Assembly: GCA_964016885.1 (NCBI GenBank)
Contig: OZ024743.1
Span: 108,066,001-108,130,000, forward strand
Direction of reading: 5' to 3'
DNA from: Eledone cirrhosa
Lineage: Eukaryota
Length of the DNA stretch: 64,000 nucleotides
Positions 1 through 13,131 of the stretch are shown piece after piece. A program made the position numbers and the translations under genes. The notes below the pieces were generated by a model. It ran no database searches and had not been told where the DNA came from. It saw nothing but the letters and a program-made list of their open reading frames with translations. The stretch's first letter is position 1, and every line of letters starts with the position of its first letter.

Positions 1-121
1 ACAATCGGTACAGTACATGGAAGTCATATATTAGGTTAACGCTTGATATAGCAGGAAGAGGGTCTCAATGTTTCGGACGCTAGTCCTTCATCAGAAGAAA
101 GAATGAGAAATAGATTGAGGG
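1..121 (-). mobile_element. Penelope-like pseudo-LTR fragment carrying a hammerhead motif; runs off the window start
   Basis: Reverse complement of 1-121 aligns with 9523-9648 with scattered substitutions; contains CTGATGA-A-GGAC-tagc-GTCC-GAAA. Confidence 0.7.
63..98 (-). ncRNA. Minimal type I hammerhead ribozyme motif (partly degenerate)
   Basis: Minus strand TCTT-CTGATGA-A-GGAC tagc GTCC-GAAA-CATT-GAGA: core boxes intact, 4-bp stem II, stem I with a G-U pair, stem III palindrome ACGT mutated to ACAT. Confidence 0.7.
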
Positions 122-631
122 CACGGCAGGGTTGGATTGGAACAAATGTCTTTAGATAAAAATAACAGGTCCATTCATGTTGACATCTTTTGCAAAACTG
201 TTGGTGCTGGCGTTTTGTGTATGATTTATTTTTTTAGAAAAGTGGATGATGGAGCGCGTCCTCCTAGAATGGAAAAAAAAAACACCGTTAAATACATATA
301 TATATATATGGGGGGGGGGGGGTATATATGTGTGTGTGTGTGTGTGTTTGTGTGTGTGTTTAAAACAAGAGACAAGAGACATGGAAAGAAAGAAAGAGGA
401 AGTTCCTATATGTAGCTTTGTATGTTTCAATATCGAAGTTGAAAGGGCAGGCTTCAGATCTTAGTCCGTGATAATTGATAAATTCCTTAAGTGACTAAAA
501 GCAATTATATATAGAGCAAGCTACATTTTTCTGTATTCTGACTGTCGAACTAACACATGTGAAGTACAAAATAGCAGATAGAGATGGAATAGTGAAAACA
601 CACGAGACAAGAAGACAATACACACACACAG

Positions 632-711
<80 letters not shown>

Positions 712-907
712 TGTTCTTGTGTACGTGTGTCTATATATACAATGTATATATACAAATTACAACATATTCTCATTGACATTTGATCCAACGATTACGTAAG
801 TCTTTACGAGTTTGTATATACACACACACGCACACAAACGCGTGCACACATCTTTCTTTGTCCTTTATGTTTCACTCTTTCTGTATGTTTGTATATATGT
901 ATAAATA

Positions 908-942
<35 letters not shown>

Positions 943-947
<5 letters not shown>

Positions 948-1131
948 AACCAGTAAGACCCCGACAGCTGAGCTCAAGCCGTTTCGACGGCTAATTCTCA
1001 GAATTAGCCGTCGAAACGGCTTGAGCTCAGCTGTCGGGGTCTTACTGGTTCCTATTACCCACTCTACTACCTCAAGTATTGAGTACTTTGGTGCGTTATG
1101 GTCCACCTGGTTCCTTACCACATTTCCTTCG

Positions 1132-1133
<2 letters not shown>
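943..1133 (+). mobile_element. Short (TA)n-inserted element with a perfect palindromic head (copy 1); probable Penelope-like 3' terminus
   Basis: 943-998 is the exact reverse complement of 1000-1055; an ~80-nt tail ending CCTTCGTTA is shared with 1791-1983 and 20565-20683; (TA)n on both sides. Confidence 0.75.
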
Positions 1134-1181
<48 letters not shown>

Positions 1182-1388
1182 CAATATGTTGAAAAGGTAA
1201 CACACCAGAGAGAGATATACAGTGCGTTATCAATAAAAAAGGGAAAAAAACCACCAGTGTTATGGAATCTAAAACCTATGAAAGGCAGACTATAGACACG
1301 ATAATTAAAAATATAAATTAAGGCGTAAATAAATACCTCTATAACTATATAACACAGGGAATAGCGAGGGCCTATGCCTCCGTTAATT

Positions 1389-2219
<831 letters not shown>

Positions 2220-2599
2220 AGTCATGCATGTACAAATACGATTGGTTTTGGCGAATGCATGCGATAAATTAAAATAACATGTGGTATTTGTCATACATTT
2301 TGTATCTTGGGTGTCGTTATTATTAGCGCCAAGAATGTACAATTTATATTTCCGACAGATTCGCTATCATAAATCGATTTTCTTTCATTTTTTCGTGTTT
2401 TATATATATTTTTTATCTATCTCTCTTTCTTTGCTTATTTATTTATTTATTTCTCTCACTTTCATTTGTTTTTACTGTTGTGTATCTTTCTTGATCTATG
2501 AAGGGTGAATTGTCAGGACATACTTGTTAGTGCTCAGATAGAATGTTGTAATTTTCTTCTTCTTCTTCTTCTCCGTCTCCTTCTCCTTCTCCTTCTTCT

Positions 2600-2638
<39 letters not shown>

Positions 2639-3183
2639 CGTTCTTCTTTCTTTTATTCCTTATTTTTTCTTCTTTAGTTTTTTTATTTTATCTTGCTCTA
2701 CTTTTTTCTTTTTTTTTACCTTTCTTTTTCTTTACTTCTCCTACTGATAGTTTAGTGTCAACTTCATAGTGAATTTGAATTGACATTGATTTTGTAAGTG
2801 TTATTGGATTTTCGAGTGTTGACAATTTTTAGTTATAGTTATCGATATTTTTAAATTAACCAAATTTAACCTAATACAATATCCCCTTGTCGCCATTTTT
2901 GAAGATCTGGTTTAGTTGAGGTAGCCAGAAAAACCTCTCAAATGAAATGGGCGAATCGGACCCATGATGCCCTCTTTCCATGCATGTTGCCTCCATCAAT
3001 GATACTATAAAAAAAAGACACGAGAGCAGGTAAAACTACCGAAACTATTGTAAGAAATAAAATGGAGATATTTCATCTTCTCTTTTTTCAGTAACAAATA
3101 TATATATATATATAAATAACAGATTAAAGTTTAAGCAAATAATCGCTACTTTCACCCTTAACGGGATCTTCTGAAACTAACAA

Positions 3184-3266
<83 letters not shown>

Positions 3267-3451
3267 CTTATATAAATATATAATGCAGGGGAGCATTTAT
3301 GTATGTTTATATATGTTTCTTGACTAGCTAGCAATCAAGAAATGTCGTAGTTTTCGAAGCAAACATGGTGGCTTTCTCTATAAACAGACATTATCAGAAG
3401 TATAAACAGTATTCGAAAAGTAGACACTCAGACAATCTACAGTTTCTTCAC

Positions 3452-3452
<1 letters not shown>

Positions 3453-3512
<60 letters not shown>

Positions 3513-3562
3513 GTTGTTGTTGTTCTTGTTCTTGTTCTTGTTGTTCTTGTTGTTGCTGTTGC
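3453..3562. repeat. (ATT)n grading into (GTT)n/(GTTCTT)n microsatellite
   Basis: Directly visible. Confidence 0.9.
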
Positions 3563-4059
3563 GTTAATTAAAAAAAGCTTCTAGACGTTCTTAGTTACAG
3601 ATCTAGCTGGCTTTGGCTACTATAGTTAATGGAAAATATTTTAAATACCAAATGTAGTTAGTAGAAAAAAATTACAAAACTTGACAGAATGAACTTCCTG
3701 TAATCTAACCCCGTTCTTTGGTGGAGAAATGATATAACTGTGCTGTGGATGACTAAGTGAATCACCATAGACCAACACAGCGGGCATACACACATATACG
3801 GATGGGAACACATTGATAAACTAAAGCACCCTATAGGCACAATCATATACACAATTGTTTAACCAGAGTATTTAAACAGAGAAGCAATGATATAACAAAA
3901 CGTAAAACCATAAATGACCTCAACCCACCGACTTTACTTGATTTTTTAATACTTGGAGGAATCAGGGGAGATGCATTCAATTACAGGCTTATGGGTCTGA
4001 GATCACATATTAAGAAGATCGTGTGACGAATCATATTACAGGATATTATTACGTTTTAC

Positions 4060-4180
4060 AGCATAGAATTATGCCCCTTTACGGTCTGAGTTCAAATACC
4101 GCCGAGCTTAACTTTGCATTTCATCCTTACGGGGTCGAAAAAATAAAGCACCAGTAAGGCAAAAGTAGAAACAATTATTA
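4060..4180 (+). mobile_element. tRNA-derived SINE, partial copy
   Basis: B box GAGTTCAAATAC followed by the core TTTCATCCTTACGGGGTCGA..AATAAAG.ACCAGT and the tail GTAGAAACAATTATTA, matching 56150-56342. Confidence 0.8.
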
Positions 4181-4574
4181 CCCTTTCAGACGAAAGTAAC
4201 TTGCTAAGTGATATAGCCAACATTAACTCGTTCAGCTGTTGCAGTATTGTAACAGGATGCTGAAGTATATGTTCCACCAACGAAATAGAAATACAATGTA
4301 CTAACAGTTTACATAGATTGTCATCGTTTAATATAACTAACATTTCGTGTGCTCTAACTGGAAAATCCTGGCCATGTTCGATCCAAACAAATATAGATTT
4401 TAATGTCTATCGTGGTAGTTGATATAACCGAGGATGTCAGAGAATGGATCCCTTCTTCCCGTTGGCTTCTTGTGTTGAAATGCATATATATATGGGCTAA
4501 AAATCATTGTAAACAAATTGTGTAACTCCATGTTCGACCAGACCCACACAGATCTACCCATAGCCTCAGATCAT

Positions 4575-4770
4575 ACTCCCCAAACTGTCAATAGGACCTG
4601 GTCAGATGTATGAGTCATGCCCCTAAAGATGCTAATAGGACCAAGCTAGATGTAAAGACATCGTCCCACTCCAGGTAAGATATAAAACACACGCATAACA
4701 AATGTAGAAATAAGCTCTGGTCAGATGCAAATGCACGTCTTCTAAGCTGGTAAATAGACTCAGACCAGAG
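4575..4770. repeat. Degenerate ~43-bp minisatellite
   Basis: Recurring AATAGGACC..GTCAGATGTA-like motif at about 4590, 4635, 4708 and 4753. Confidence 0.5.
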
Positions 4771-5063
4771 GCGAAAGTTAAAAACCATTTCGCATTGATT
4801 ATTTCAGTTATCAGAATGACAGTTATATGCCTGATCCTGTTATATACATGATTTCAATGTAGATCTTGAAGCAATAAGAGCTGCTCCATTTGAAATCATT
4901 AGTCAACGTCAACTATATTACTCCATCTGTCTCACTCTGATTTAGACTCTGTATGATGTAAGAGATAGGCAAAGTAACTGACATCAATAGCTGAGTTAGT
5001 ATTAAATGTGTGATAGTGGAAGCGAAATAATACATTCAGATAGTTTGTTATAGTCATGCGCAC

Positions 5064-5096
<33 letters not shown>

Positions 5097-5242
5097 TTTT
5101 GAGTTTATGTTGGTTGTATACCAACACCTCAGTATGCAGGCTGGAGCACTCGACGAAGTGCGCAGGTTGGTTTGGTTACTCCGGAGTAGTGTAAAATAAA
5201 GTTAAATAAAAGTCAAATGATTAACATTTAGCTTCGTTTATT

Positions 5243-5297
5243 ACTGCTATATATATTTCAGTGACAGCCATCTTTGGCTGTGACCTCTTCAGGCAGT
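5243..5297 (-). ncRNA. Minimal type I hammerhead ribozyme motif
   Basis: Minus strand ACTGC-CTGAAGA-GGTCACAGCCA aaga TGGCTGTCACT-GAAA-TATATA-TA-GCAGT: 5-bp stem I, long stem II with one C-C mismatch, palindromic stem III, AUA triplet. Confidence 0.75.
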
Positions 5298-5874
5298 TTG
5301 AATTAGTATGGTATAGACAAGTACATATGTTGTTTAGGTGTATGATATTGTCAATACTCTGATATGCCCAGTTCCTTGCTGGGTTGTTAATTCACTGGGG
5401 AACTGGAGTCATATGAATTCAAACAAACGAATTTTCGTGTCACAGGTCCCCTTCTCCTCTCATTGGTCAGTTATTAGTGTTGTCATTGTTGGAGTTAGCT
5501 TAAAAATTGATAAAATGGTAGAAGGGACAAGGTGTTGAAGGAACAAAATATCAAAAAATGTGTCAAACTTCCCATTGTTCAGTTCTGAGAGCATTCCTCA
5601 GTCAGAAGTCTATAGAATTCTTTCTGGGGTGAGGCTCCCTGTAGTGTTTATGCCTGCTATTGTTCAGTACATTTGACCTCCACCATTATTTTGGTACTGT
5701 TGTTGTTGTAGTGGTCAGCTTATACCTTGCTGCTGCTAACAATTTAGACGTATTCAGTTTGTGTTTTCTCTTCATCCCACCCGCCAGAGCATTCCTCAGT
5801 TAGAAGTCTATAGAATTCTTTCTGTATGTATGTATATATGTATGTATATATATACATATATGTATATATATATG

Positions 5875-6165
5875 TTTTGCGAGGTTTTTGAAAGATGGCG
5901 TAGATATACAATACAGCAGGAGGAACATAATAGCACCACTGATGATGTTGCAGATGTGCAACGAAAGAACTTTGTTACACTATATATATGTGTTTATATC
6001 TATATTATATCTGTATTTTTGAGCTTTGGCCAGTCAATGGTAAACATTGAGGACCGACTGAATTAAATGATATAAAAGATACAGAAGTGAGCACCAACAA
6101 ACAGTGAGTGTGTTCTGTTATTAATTCTGGCAATATTATTACAACAATATAACCCTCCCTAAGTA

Positions 6166-6170
<5 letters not shown>
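5875..6170 (+). mobile_element. Solo Penelope-like pseudo-LTR related to the 10238-12021 element
   Basis: Contains a hammerhead with the same GAAAGAACT end; terminates ACCCTCCCTAAGTATAAC-(TA)n versus ACCCTCCCAAAGTATAAC-(TA)n at 12002-12019. Confidence 0.7.
5935..5976 (+). ncRNA. Minimal type I hammerhead ribozyme motif (weak stem I)
   Basis: ACCA-CTGATGA-T-GTTGCA gatg TGCAAC-GAAA-GAAC-TT-TGTT: perfect 6-bp stem II, CUU triplet, stem I with one mismatch. Confidence 0.7.
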
Positions 6171-6201
<31 letters not shown>

Positions 6202-6339
6202 ACTATGTTCATTAGTAATACATATATATATATATGCATAACTATGTTCACTAGTTACATACAGTATGTCTTATGCAATGAAGTTACGACGTCTCCGTTG
6301 AAAAATATGTAAATACTGTGAGTATAAGTGTGAATGTGC

Positions 6340-6680
6340 ATGACTTAGTGGTTGGGGTATTTGGCTCATGATTGTAAGTTAGCTAGTTCAATTCCCTGGC
6401 ATGTCAATGCATTGTGTTCTTCAATAAGAGAATTTACTACAGGTTTCTCCAGTTCACTCCGCTTGTACAACCCAGTTGTATATGTACATACAAAGGGCCA
6501 GCCTTATCACAGATGGTGTCACACTAAATCTCTCTTTGAACTACCTTAGGGAGGCATGTATCAGTGGAATTATTTAACATGTAGATATAAATTTCATAAA
6601 CAGTATGTTCCTTTGTTCGAACAACTGGAAGACTTGTCCTCGAAACCAATGCAGATTCAACATGATCAAGTGATACTGTG
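6340..6680 (+). mobile_element. Old tRNA-derived SINE, second family
   Basis: A-box-like TGACTTAGTGG and B-box-like GTTCAATTCC; related decayed pieces near 43060-43330 (-), 55200-55440 (-) and 62780-62950. Confidence 0.5.
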
Positions 6681-7091
6681 TTTCTTTTTATAGGCGTCTG
6701 CATCTGTTTCTAGATACGTGCATGTTTGTGTGCTCGTATGTATGTATATGTGTATGCGTGTACTCATATGTTTATCCGTATAAGTCTGTCTGTCTCTGTC
6801 TGTCGATGTCTGTCTCACTCACTCACTCTCTCCATCTCTCTCCTCCCCCTCCCCCTGTATATCTCTCTATATGTATATTCTGTCTCTATGTCTCTATATC
6901 TCCCTCTCACTGTGTATAGGGGTGCATACCGCCTAACATCACGTACGCTTTTTCACGCACGATTTCAAACTCCTAGGAAAACGATCTTAATACATGTTGC
7001 ATTACAGTTGTTGCTTGATAACAATATGTGAATTGTACTATCTTTGACACAAACATATAACACACGCACGCGTATATACATATACAATTCA

Positions 7092-7197
<106 letters not shown>

Positions 7198-7267
7198 ATA
7201 TATATATATATGAACAAACACTCATATTAGTCATTTGTCATTCCTTCATTATATACACGCACATATA

Positions 7268-7312
<45 letters not shown>

Positions 7313-7519
7313 ATATATGTAAATAGACCCACACACCCTCATAGTAAGGATTTGTCATTTGTAATTCCTCTATTGAGTCGAAGAAATAGCCTCTATTATC
7401 TTACGGGGAAAATGTTACGTGTTCGATCAGCGCGGTAGACATAGCTGCCAATTCTCCCTTAAGCTGTACTACGCCTGAACGTCTTAGAAAATGTCATTCT
7501 TAACCTGATGAAAGGTTAT

Positions 7520-7611
<92 letters not shown>

Positions 7612-7894
7612 ACACACACACACACACAAACACACACGGAGGGAGTGAGATTGATACAATAAAGAAAAAATACAAATGGCCACGGCTAGAATATTTTGGA
7701 TCATACCAGATCTGACCCCAGCCTAAATAACAACATCACCACTAACAACGCTTTCTTAGATACAAAGGCACGTATTGTTCGATTATTTCTCCAGTCAAAA
7801 GTTTATCTGTGAAATTTTGTATAATTTGTTTGAGTGTGTGTTGTGTGTATATGGTCGGATATGCTTGATCACATGTATTAATGACAATGTTTGT

Positions 7895-7977
<83 letters not shown>

Positions 7978-9439
7978 TGTATGTGTGTGTGTGTGTGTGT
8001 GTGTTCGTCTATGTGTGTAACATAGGTTTATGGGTGTGTAGGGAATGTGATTGTAAGAAGGGGAAATGTGTCATCGCGTGTACCAATGTGTCATCGCCTG
8101 TGCGTGCCCGATGGAATAAGCAAAAGCAAATATATATATATATGCGCGTACATTTGTAGACGCGTGTATGTGTAAGTGTCTATTTTAACACATATATGTG
8201 TGTATGAGTTTGTGTATATGAGCACATGCATATGTGAGAGCATTTCTCTGCTTTTGTTTAAATATGTGTGAGCACGCTATGTGTGTGCGCACGTATGTGT
8301 GTGTGTGGCTGAGTACATGTTTGTATGTGTGCGTAAGTGCACACGTTTGTTTGTGTTTCTTTATTATAGTCTCATAAATCCTTCGTTCAACCTTGAAATA
8401 TCTTTTACGCGCATGTAAAGTAATGCATACTTAGACCGCATACTAAAGTACGTGCTTACATACACACTAACATAAACCCACACAAACACACACACATACC
8501 CTCACAGAAACATAGACACACACACACACACACACACGCACATTCTAACACACATCTACATATACGCGCACACAGAAACAATAATAGGCAGAGATGCATG
8601 GGCAGCCACACACAATCATACCGAGGCATAAACGTAGACATATACACGCGTATATAAAAACATATACACATAAGCACTGTCACACGGACATATATATATA
8701 TATATAAACACAGGCATATTCCACATACGAAAACTTATACACTTAATAACCGTCTCATGCAAACAGCAAACATACACGCATTGTTACAAAGACATACACA
8801 CACACACACACACACACAACCACACACGCACTTACATACACATACACACACACATACAGAACCACACACACACACACAGACACATAAAAAAAGCATTAAT
8901 AAATCTGTGATCAATATTATCTTTTAGATTAGGAAGGATTATGGCAGTAATTCGAGAAGACGAAATGACCAAGCTAAACACTTGAATGAACTTTATATAG
9001 CAACATAGGTGTCATGGCAGTGATGTGGGGGTCACAGACCATGAAGCAGAGATTTCATTGCAGGTTCAATTCTTGCTTGAGCTATTTCATTTCGCTTCAG
9101 TTATTCTTGCAATATGAGGGACACGTTTGCAGTTATTAGGATGTCCGATAAGATACCTCAACACTTGTTTTGTGTGCGTGTATGGACTTGAACGTATATT
9201 TTGTATGCGTTAGTATATGTATGCATGTGTGTATGTATGTGTGTGAGTGTATGTTTAATGCTGTATAGCTTATTGTTTTGTCGTGTAACTAAGGTTTATG
9301 TGTATATGTGTATGTATGTGTGTGTATGCATGGGTGTGTATGTGTGTGTATGTATGTGTATGTGTATTTATTATGCGTTGTACTCACACACACACTCTCC
9401 CTCACACTCACTCAATCACACACACACACACAAACACAC

Positions 9440-9484
<45 letters not shown>

Positions 9485-9522
9485 CACGCACACACACACA
9501 CACACATATACATATATATATC

Positions 9523-9669
9523 CCCTCAATCTATCTTATTTCTCATTCTTTCTTCTGATGAAGGACTAGTGTCCGAAACGTTAAGACCCACTTCCTGCTA
9601 TATCAAGAGTTAACCTAATATAACCCTTCCATATACTGTACCAATTGTGTTGTTATTTCTGGTTACCTG

Positions 9670-9672
<3 letters not shown>
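9523..9672 (+). mobile_element. Penelope-like pseudo-LTR fragment with hammerhead, lying between microsatellites
   Basis: Inverted homolog of 1-121; flanked by (TA)n and (ATAC)n. Confidence 0.7.
9551..9586 (+). ncRNA. Minimal type I hammerhead ribozyme motif
   Basis: TCTT-CTGATGA-A-GGAC tagt GTCC-GAAA-CGTT-AAGA: stem I TCTT/AAGA, palindromic AACGTT, GUU triplet. Confidence 0.8.
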
Positions 9673-9734
<62 letters not shown>

Positions 9735-10155
9735 TATATTTAATTAGACATATGTTAATATTGTCTAGGGTGCTGAAATCTTTGGTAATGGAGTAGTTAT
9801 ATATTGTGTTGTTCACTTTCTAATTAAATAGCTCTGTTTTATATATAGAGCACTCATATTCCCCTTGCTTTTATTCGGAAGTCTTAACACACACACAAAC
9901 ACACACATATATATGCAAACTCAACTGTCACCACATATCATGAACCAGAAGATTGCGAAAGCATGAAAGTACATGTTCAATTAACACTTAGAATTTAATA
10001 TTCTATCATACTATTTCATTATAATACCATTATATATACTTTAAAGGATTGTAAATAAAACGAGTAAATCAGACAACGTTGGAATTCCTCTTATTAATAT
10101 AATCTTTTATACACAATCATACACACCCGTGTATATTTACCTATCTATATCTATA

Positions 10156-10203
<48 letters not shown>

Positions 10204-10208
10204 TACAG

Positions 10209-10239
<31 letters not shown>

Positions 10240-10390
10240 CGTTTCTGAATTTGTTATACTTTGGGAGGGTCATGTTGCCAATAAGAAACACACGCACCAG
10301 TTGCTTTCACTTCAATTTAATTTATTAAATATTTATAAATTTCTGGTTGGTTGGTTGGTTCCACAACCAGATAGTTGTTTATATATATAT

Positions 10391-10435
10391 AGTCATAGTT
10401 CTTTCGTCACACACTCTGTGACCTCTTCAGTGACT
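10391..10435 (-). ncRNA. Hammerhead ribozyme in the sense (3') pseudo-LTR
   Basis: AGTCA-CTGAAGA-G-GTCACA gagtg TGTGAC-GAAA-GAAC-TA-TGACT: 5-bp stem I, 6-bp stem II, CUA triplet. Confidence 0.85.
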
Positions 10436-10740
10436 GGGGATTTCTTTCTTCGTTTCTGTGCCTTTCCTTTCTTCTATCCTACGCCATTTTGTTTGTGTGT
10501 GGGTTGCGTGCTCAGTTTGTGCATGCGCCACATCCGGGTGTCTGTGTGTGTTTGTGTTCATTTTTCTATTTTTCTATTTATATTTTTCTATTTGTTTGTT
10601 TATTTATTTATTTATTGTTGGTTGGTTGTTTGTTCTATGTGTGTGTGTGTTTTCATTTTGTCTTGTGTGTGTTTTCATTTTGTGTGTGTTTTCAATTGTA
10701 AGTTGTTTGTTCTATGTGTGTGTGTGTTTTCATTTTGTCC

Positions 10741-11658
10741 TTAATTGTAAGTTGTGATGTTGCTGTTCCACTCATATTTTCTATTTAATTTTGGTTTTAA
10801 TTCTTTTATGCTTACTGCCTCTGTAATTTGCCTAAACATTGCGTCTTTCTTGTGTGTGGATTCTATTTTTATTTCTATGCTCTCTAATTTACCCCTGTGT
10901 TCTATCTTAGCATGTTGGTAGAGCACAGATGATTCTTTACTATCTTGGAGGTCTCGCCAGTGTTCATTTATTCGTTCCCCTATACTACGAGCTGTCTCAC
11001 CTATGTACACTACATTTTTGTTTCTACATTGTCCTTCAGTACATCTTATGCTATATACTACATTTCTAGTTTTACAGTTAATATGGGGGCTTATTTTACA
11101 GGTTATACATTTCTTATCTATACATGAGGGTCTTTGGAACGGGTATGTCTTGCTAATAAGTGTTTTTACGGAGGTACCAGGTATTTCTACTATCTTAATA
11201 TTGAGATTATGTTTCTTTAGGGCCCTTCTAAATTTGTAGGCTAGTTCGCCTCCAGGGGTTGTATTGATGAACATTACACTCTGGTATTTATTGCTATCAT
11301 ACCATGAGTTTATTCTATTGGCCTTGTTCTTAGTACTTTCTATTCTATTCCAAAATTTGCTCCTATACAAGGGGCAGGTCCCATTTATGTCATTATTTAC
11401 CATTTTTTCCCATTTGGTTCTGGCTCCTTTATACACTCTGATTCTATCTCTCTGATTGTAGCCAGAGAACTGCATACGGTGGATGAAGTGTTGTATGTGT
11501 CTCTCTAGTTCTTCGGGGTTGCACATGCGGGACACATTTCTCATCACCCGTACCAAATCCGCAATCAGTATGTTGATTTTGGTATGGTCCGAAATGGCCG
11601 AGTTTCGGTGGATCAGATGTTTGGAAGTCATGGGTTTGGCATAATGGGAATGGAGGAT
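10741..11658 (-). CDS. Truncated Penelope-like polyprotein: RT C-terminal/thumb region, Cys-rich linker, GIY-YIG endonuclease
   Basis: Frame is open from 11658 (ILHSHYAKPMTSK, so the ATG at 11631 is internal); motifs SA..TK.NIL..R..RN, RMQFSGY, CPLYR, C-x4-C-x2-C..C, NVVYSIRC...YIGETARSIGERINEH, EAVSIKELKPKLN; no stops. Confidence 0.9.
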   Translation of the reverse strand: MLHSHYAKPMTSKHLIHRNSAISDHTKINILIADLVRVMRNVSRMCNPEELERHIQHFIHRMQFSGYNQRDRIRVYKGARTKWEKMVNNDINGTCPLYRSKFWNRIESTKNKANRINSWYDSNKYQSVMFINTTPGGELAYKFRRALKKHNLNIKIVEIPGTSVKTLISKTYPFQRPSCIDKKCITCKISPHINCKTRNVVYSIRCTEGQCRNKNVVYIGETARSIGERINEHWRDLQDSKESSVLYQHAKIEHRGKLESIEIKIESTHKKDAMFRQITEAVSIKELKPKLNRKYEWNSNITTYN

Positions 11659-11820
11659 TTAAATAAATAAACAAACAAATAGAAAAATAGCAAAATGAAC
11701 ACAAACACACACAGACACCCGGATGTGGCGCATGCGCAAACTGAGCACGCAACCCACACACAAACAAAATGGCGTAGGATAGAAGAAAGGAAAGGCACAG
11801 AAACGAAGAAAGAAATCCCC

Positions 11821-11865
11821 AGTCACTGAAGAGGTCACAGAGTGTGTGACGAAAGAACTATGACT
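11821..11865 (+). ncRNA. Hammerhead ribozyme in the inverted (5') pseudo-LTR
   Basis: Identical to the 10391-10435 motif on the opposite strand. Confidence 0.85.
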
Positions 11866-12016
11866 ATATATATATAAACAACTATCTGGTTGTGGAACCA
11901 ACCAACCAACCGGAAATTTATAAATTTGTAAATTTATAAATATTTAATAAATTAAATTGAAGTGAAAGCAACTGGTGCGTGTGTTTCTTATTGGCAACAT
12001 GACCCTCCCAAAGTAT

Positions 12017-12077
<61 letters not shown>

Positions 12078-12080
12078 CTC

Positions 12081-12157
12081 TACGGCTCTTATATATTTGA
12101 TATATATTTATCCTTATCGAGCCCTCTTTGGATTTTAGTCTTCAAATTTATTATTAT

Positions 12158-12160
<3 letters not shown>
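12081..12160. repeat. 80-bp dispersed repeat embedded in (TA)n (copy 1)
   Basis: Matches 20280-20359 with one visible substitution; both end TTATTATTAC-(TA)n. Confidence 0.85.
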
Positions 12161-12200
<40 letters not shown>

Positions 12201-12456
12201 TTCGAAGCACCATTTGAGGAATATTCTAAATTTCGACGGCCTTATCGGTCACATTGTTGCCATTGACAACCTAGCAATAGAAATATACACCGAATACGGT
12301 TGTAATTATACGTCTTATGATGTCGTCTTGTTCAGGCGGAATATAGCTTGTGGCGTTTTGGTGAAACTGGACAGCAAGTCTTAAAGAAGAAAAATGGCAT
12401 AGCGGACGGACGCGCATAAACTAATAAAAACACAACCCCACCTCTCTCTATTTCTA

Positions 12457-12505
<49 letters not shown>

Positions 12506-12533
12506 ACATGCATATATATACATGCATGTATGT

Positions 12534-12571
<38 letters not shown>

Positions 12572-12609
12572 GTGTGTGTGTGTACATACATGTATGTATA
12601 TATGCATGT

Positions 12610-12640
<31 letters not shown>

Positions 12641-12663
12641 AACATGTGCATATGCACATATCG

Positions 12664-12737
<74 letters not shown>

Positions 12738-12900
12738 GTGTGTGTGTGTGTCTGATGTATGTTTGAGAATATGCTTCCATCGATATGTGCATATGCACAT
12801 GTTTATATGTATAAAGATATCAGCATAAATATTATCATATATATCTTCATAAAAGTATGTACATTATATGCGTGTGCCATATCCGAATTTATATCTAATG

Positions 12901-12996
<96 letters not shown>

Positions 12997-13015
12997 TATA
13001 TATACACACCCACTC

Positions 13016-13131
<116 letters not shown>

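Larger units (their letters stand above)
10238..12021 (-). mobile_element. 5'-truncated Penelope-like retroelement (tentatively Naiad-like) with inverted pseudo-LTRs, inserted in (TA)n
   Basis: ~360-bp near-identical inverted repeats at 10251-10612 and 11659-12021, each with a hammerhead; RT/GIY-YIG ORF between them; a ~13-nt extra tail only at the 3' (left) end; TA tracts on both sides. Confidence 0.92.

Noticed and set aside
4660-4681. CCCACTCCAG|GTAAGA and similar AG|GT words near 22613, 26134 and 57627
   Set aside because: Short or impure pyrimidine tracts, mostly within repeats; much weaker than 35014.
7500-7520. TAACC-TGATGAAA-GGTTA hairpin containing CTGATGA
   Set aside because: No stem II or second core box.
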